Origin: Carcharhinus amblyrhynchos
Taxonomy: Eukaryota
Direction of reading: 5' to 3'
DNA length: 64,000 nucleotides
Assembly: GCA_965287045.1 (NCBI GenBank)
Contig: OZ336878.1
Location: 58,094,001-58,158,000, forward strand
The notes beneath the pieces are model-generated. The model saw nothing but the letters and a program-made list of their open reading frames with translations. It did no database searches and was not told the DNA's origin. The position numbers and the translations under genes were made by a program. Of the stretch, positions 61,850-64,000 are shown in pieces (positions within the stretch are counted from its first letter, which is position 1; each line of letters starts with the position of its first letter).

Positions 61850-61962
61850 AATGCTGTCTGGGTGGTCTCCTGCTGTTCTCCAGGAAAAGGATCACCCTTT
61901 CTTCCCGCACAGCCTGCAGCATCACATTTAGCTCAGCATCGGTAAAATGAAGGGCTGTTTTG
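61850..61962 (-). mobile_element. PIF/Harbinger Myb/SANT-like ORF relic (N-terminal part)
   Basis: KTALHFTDAELNVMLQAVREERVILFLENSRRPP, matching the xAPxFxDxELxxLLxxVxxRxxxLF start of Myb_DNA-bind_5-type domains. Confidence 0.65.
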
Positions 61963-63051
61963 GTTTCCCCAGCTCTTTTGGAACACAATTGAATTGAGAA
62001 ATTCATCCCAAAGTTCACTGCATTTCTTCATTACCAATGTAAGTGGCTGCTGTGGTGGGTTTAAATCAGGCCTACACTTGAGTTGGCATGCTTCCGTTCC
62101 AGTCCCTTGTGGCCAAACCTGTCTCCATCTCATTCACCCTGTTACCCTGTGAAAGCCAGGGCTCATTTCTCTTTCTTTGCAGGGGATGCTTTAGGACATG
62201 GAAACAAGCCTGACTTCAATTTCCTACCGCTGATGCAAAAATCGAACTCTTCATGTCTCATAAATGCATTTCATTTAATTATACTTCTTGTTATCTCTGA
62301 TTGCTGTCACTTAACTATTTCCTGTTTTTTATTTAAATACTTTTACAGACATACCATTCCCTCTCATGTGGATGTGAGTTTGTTTATTCCACCCCATCTT
62401 TTGCTTCTTCTGCACTTATAAAATGCTGTTCAGCTATAATTTTTCTTCATTCCATAGGAGACTTTTTTTGTCTGTTCTTTCAATCAGATCCTGACCTAAT
62501 GTTAATTATTGTTGAACTTCTTATTTGTTTCAGATTCTCTTTTTTTTTGCTTTTTCTTTTTACTTATTTTATTGGCAGGGTTGGCATTCTCTAATCATTA
62601 TTGAGTGTGGTCCATTTCTCACTTTATCGTGAAATTCTCATGCTTGAAAATTTAGTGGTTCAGTCACACTTATTCCTGGTTGTTTTCTAGTTGTCCAATG
62701 AATTGAAATATTCTTTGCTTAATTTTAAATAATTGGATGTTTAAGTCAATCATAATTAACTTAAAAGAAAGTGGCTATTTGAAACAATCAAGGTAATTTG
62801 ACCCATAGGGAAGCAATGATTGTGGGCTGTCATGCTTTTTGAAAGTTTAATTTAGGCAAGACATTAAATTATATAGATTGGTTAGCTGCCAGGAAACCTG
62901 CTGCACAAAGAAAATTCTTTTATGCAGGATTTAAATTCATACACCAAGTGTACTCTTAATGATTGTTACCGCATTATGCATTTTTGGCGTAATTTATTTC
63001 ACTGTCAGTTAATGAGGATGCTGTATTTTTATCACTTTTCCTGCACTTTAG

Positions 63052-63159
63052 AAGTCATCTGTGCAAATGAGTCAGAGTGTCACTGAGATTGGAGAAAGTT
63101 CACAACTTTTAAAGTCAAGTGGAAGTACAGGTGGAGCTGAGAGAATGAAAGATGATCAG
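63052..63159 (+). CDS. AXDND1: Probable downstream coding exon of the same gene (108 nt, phase 0/0)
   Basis: Acceptor cttttcctgcactttag (tagAAG tandem acceptor), donor CAG|gtagta. Open frame KSSVQMSQSVTEIGESSQLLKSSGSTGGAERMKDDQ, phase-compatible; no recognisable homology. Confidence 0.68.
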
Positions 63160-64000
63160 GTAGTATCAAACATGTTATTTTCAGATCAGTAGTGCCCATA
63201 TGTTAGCCACTATATTGCCCTTCAGTATATGAATGGTATTGGCATCGTATGCCTCCTGCTCAGAACTCTTCTATCCTTTTGTTCCTGCTCCCCATTCTGG
63301 CAAATTACCCTGCTCTGCAAGACCGCTAACACTTTACCAAGTGATTCTGTATTTTAAGGTTAATAATTGCTATTACATCAATGTCTTGGAGCAATTGGCA
63401 ACTTTAAACAACTATAGAAAGCACCAGATTTTTATTGAATTCAAATTTCACTGTCAACCATGGTAGGATTCGAACTGGGTCTCTCGATTATTAATCCAAT
63501 GACAATGTCACTGCAGCACTAGCTATCCAGTCAGTGTAGAATCCAAGTAATGGACAAAACTCCATGAGCAACTAATGTGTAAGCAGTTAATGATGCATTT
63601 AAATAGCATTCATGGTGGGGGATTCTTCTTGCTGCTGAATGCAAAATTAAGGCATTAGTTGGAGTGTTGATCTACAAAATGGTGCAGCTGATATTAAATC
63701 AGCATTGTACATTTACTGGAGTCATGATCTCCCTGTTTTCAGTGGCAATCCATTGTGCATATGCTAACACTATTACCAATATGACCTTTGGCATGACTCA
63801 CTCAAGAGTGTGCATATGAGCTGTAGTTGCCATTTGGATACCAAATGGTATCTATAGTGCACAATCCAAGGGCGCAATTATCTGAATTTCATTACGCATG
63901 TAGGGTGAGACTTTACAGCCTTGCTTGTTCAGAACTGTAAAATCCTGTCTGAGGTCAAAGGACCTTCCCATGCTCTGCCCCTCAACAGCTCCGATTCCTG

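Noticed and set aside
1-64000. Nested antisense NPHS2 (podocin) exons, expected from the mammalian AXDND1 neighbourhood
   Set aside because: I found no stomatin/SPFH-like peptide on the - strand, and the window ends before the 3' end of the AXDND1-like gene.

Overview
This is eukaryotic, repeat-rich vertebrate DNA, most likely from a cartilaginous fish (shark), judged from HE1/V-SINE-like and SacSINE-like SINEs and abundant CR1 LINEs. The window lies inside one large multi-exon gene on the + strand. Nine GT-AG exons (10166-63159) splice in frame with consistent phases. The first seven translate to a protein that aligns by eye with the central/C-terminal part of AXDND1 (axonemal dynein light chain domain-containing 1); the gene start and end lie outside the window. 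The introns are mostly decayed, often nested transposons: CR1, RTE-X-like, RTE/BovB, Rex1 and L2 LINEs, tRNA-derived SINEs, solo LTRs, a Gypsy pol relic, a pogo/Tigger relic, and PIF/Harbinger transposase, Myb-like and MITE relics. Nearly all ORFs in the supplied track are fragments or antisense shadows of these. Main findings: (1) a 321-bp TSD-flanked retroposon with a U2 snRNA-derived head, a second internal U2 segment carrying an octamer, and an A-rich tail, lying antisense just upstream of an exon; (2) an ~820-bp locally generated inverted duplication bracketing two exons, a back-splicing/skipping architecture; (3) a MITE-like element carrying a copy of nearby intron DNA; (4) a decayed UACA-like coiled-coil coding relic on the - strand. 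Family and gene assignments come from recalled motifs, not database searches. Repeat boundaries are approximate unless TSDs are given.
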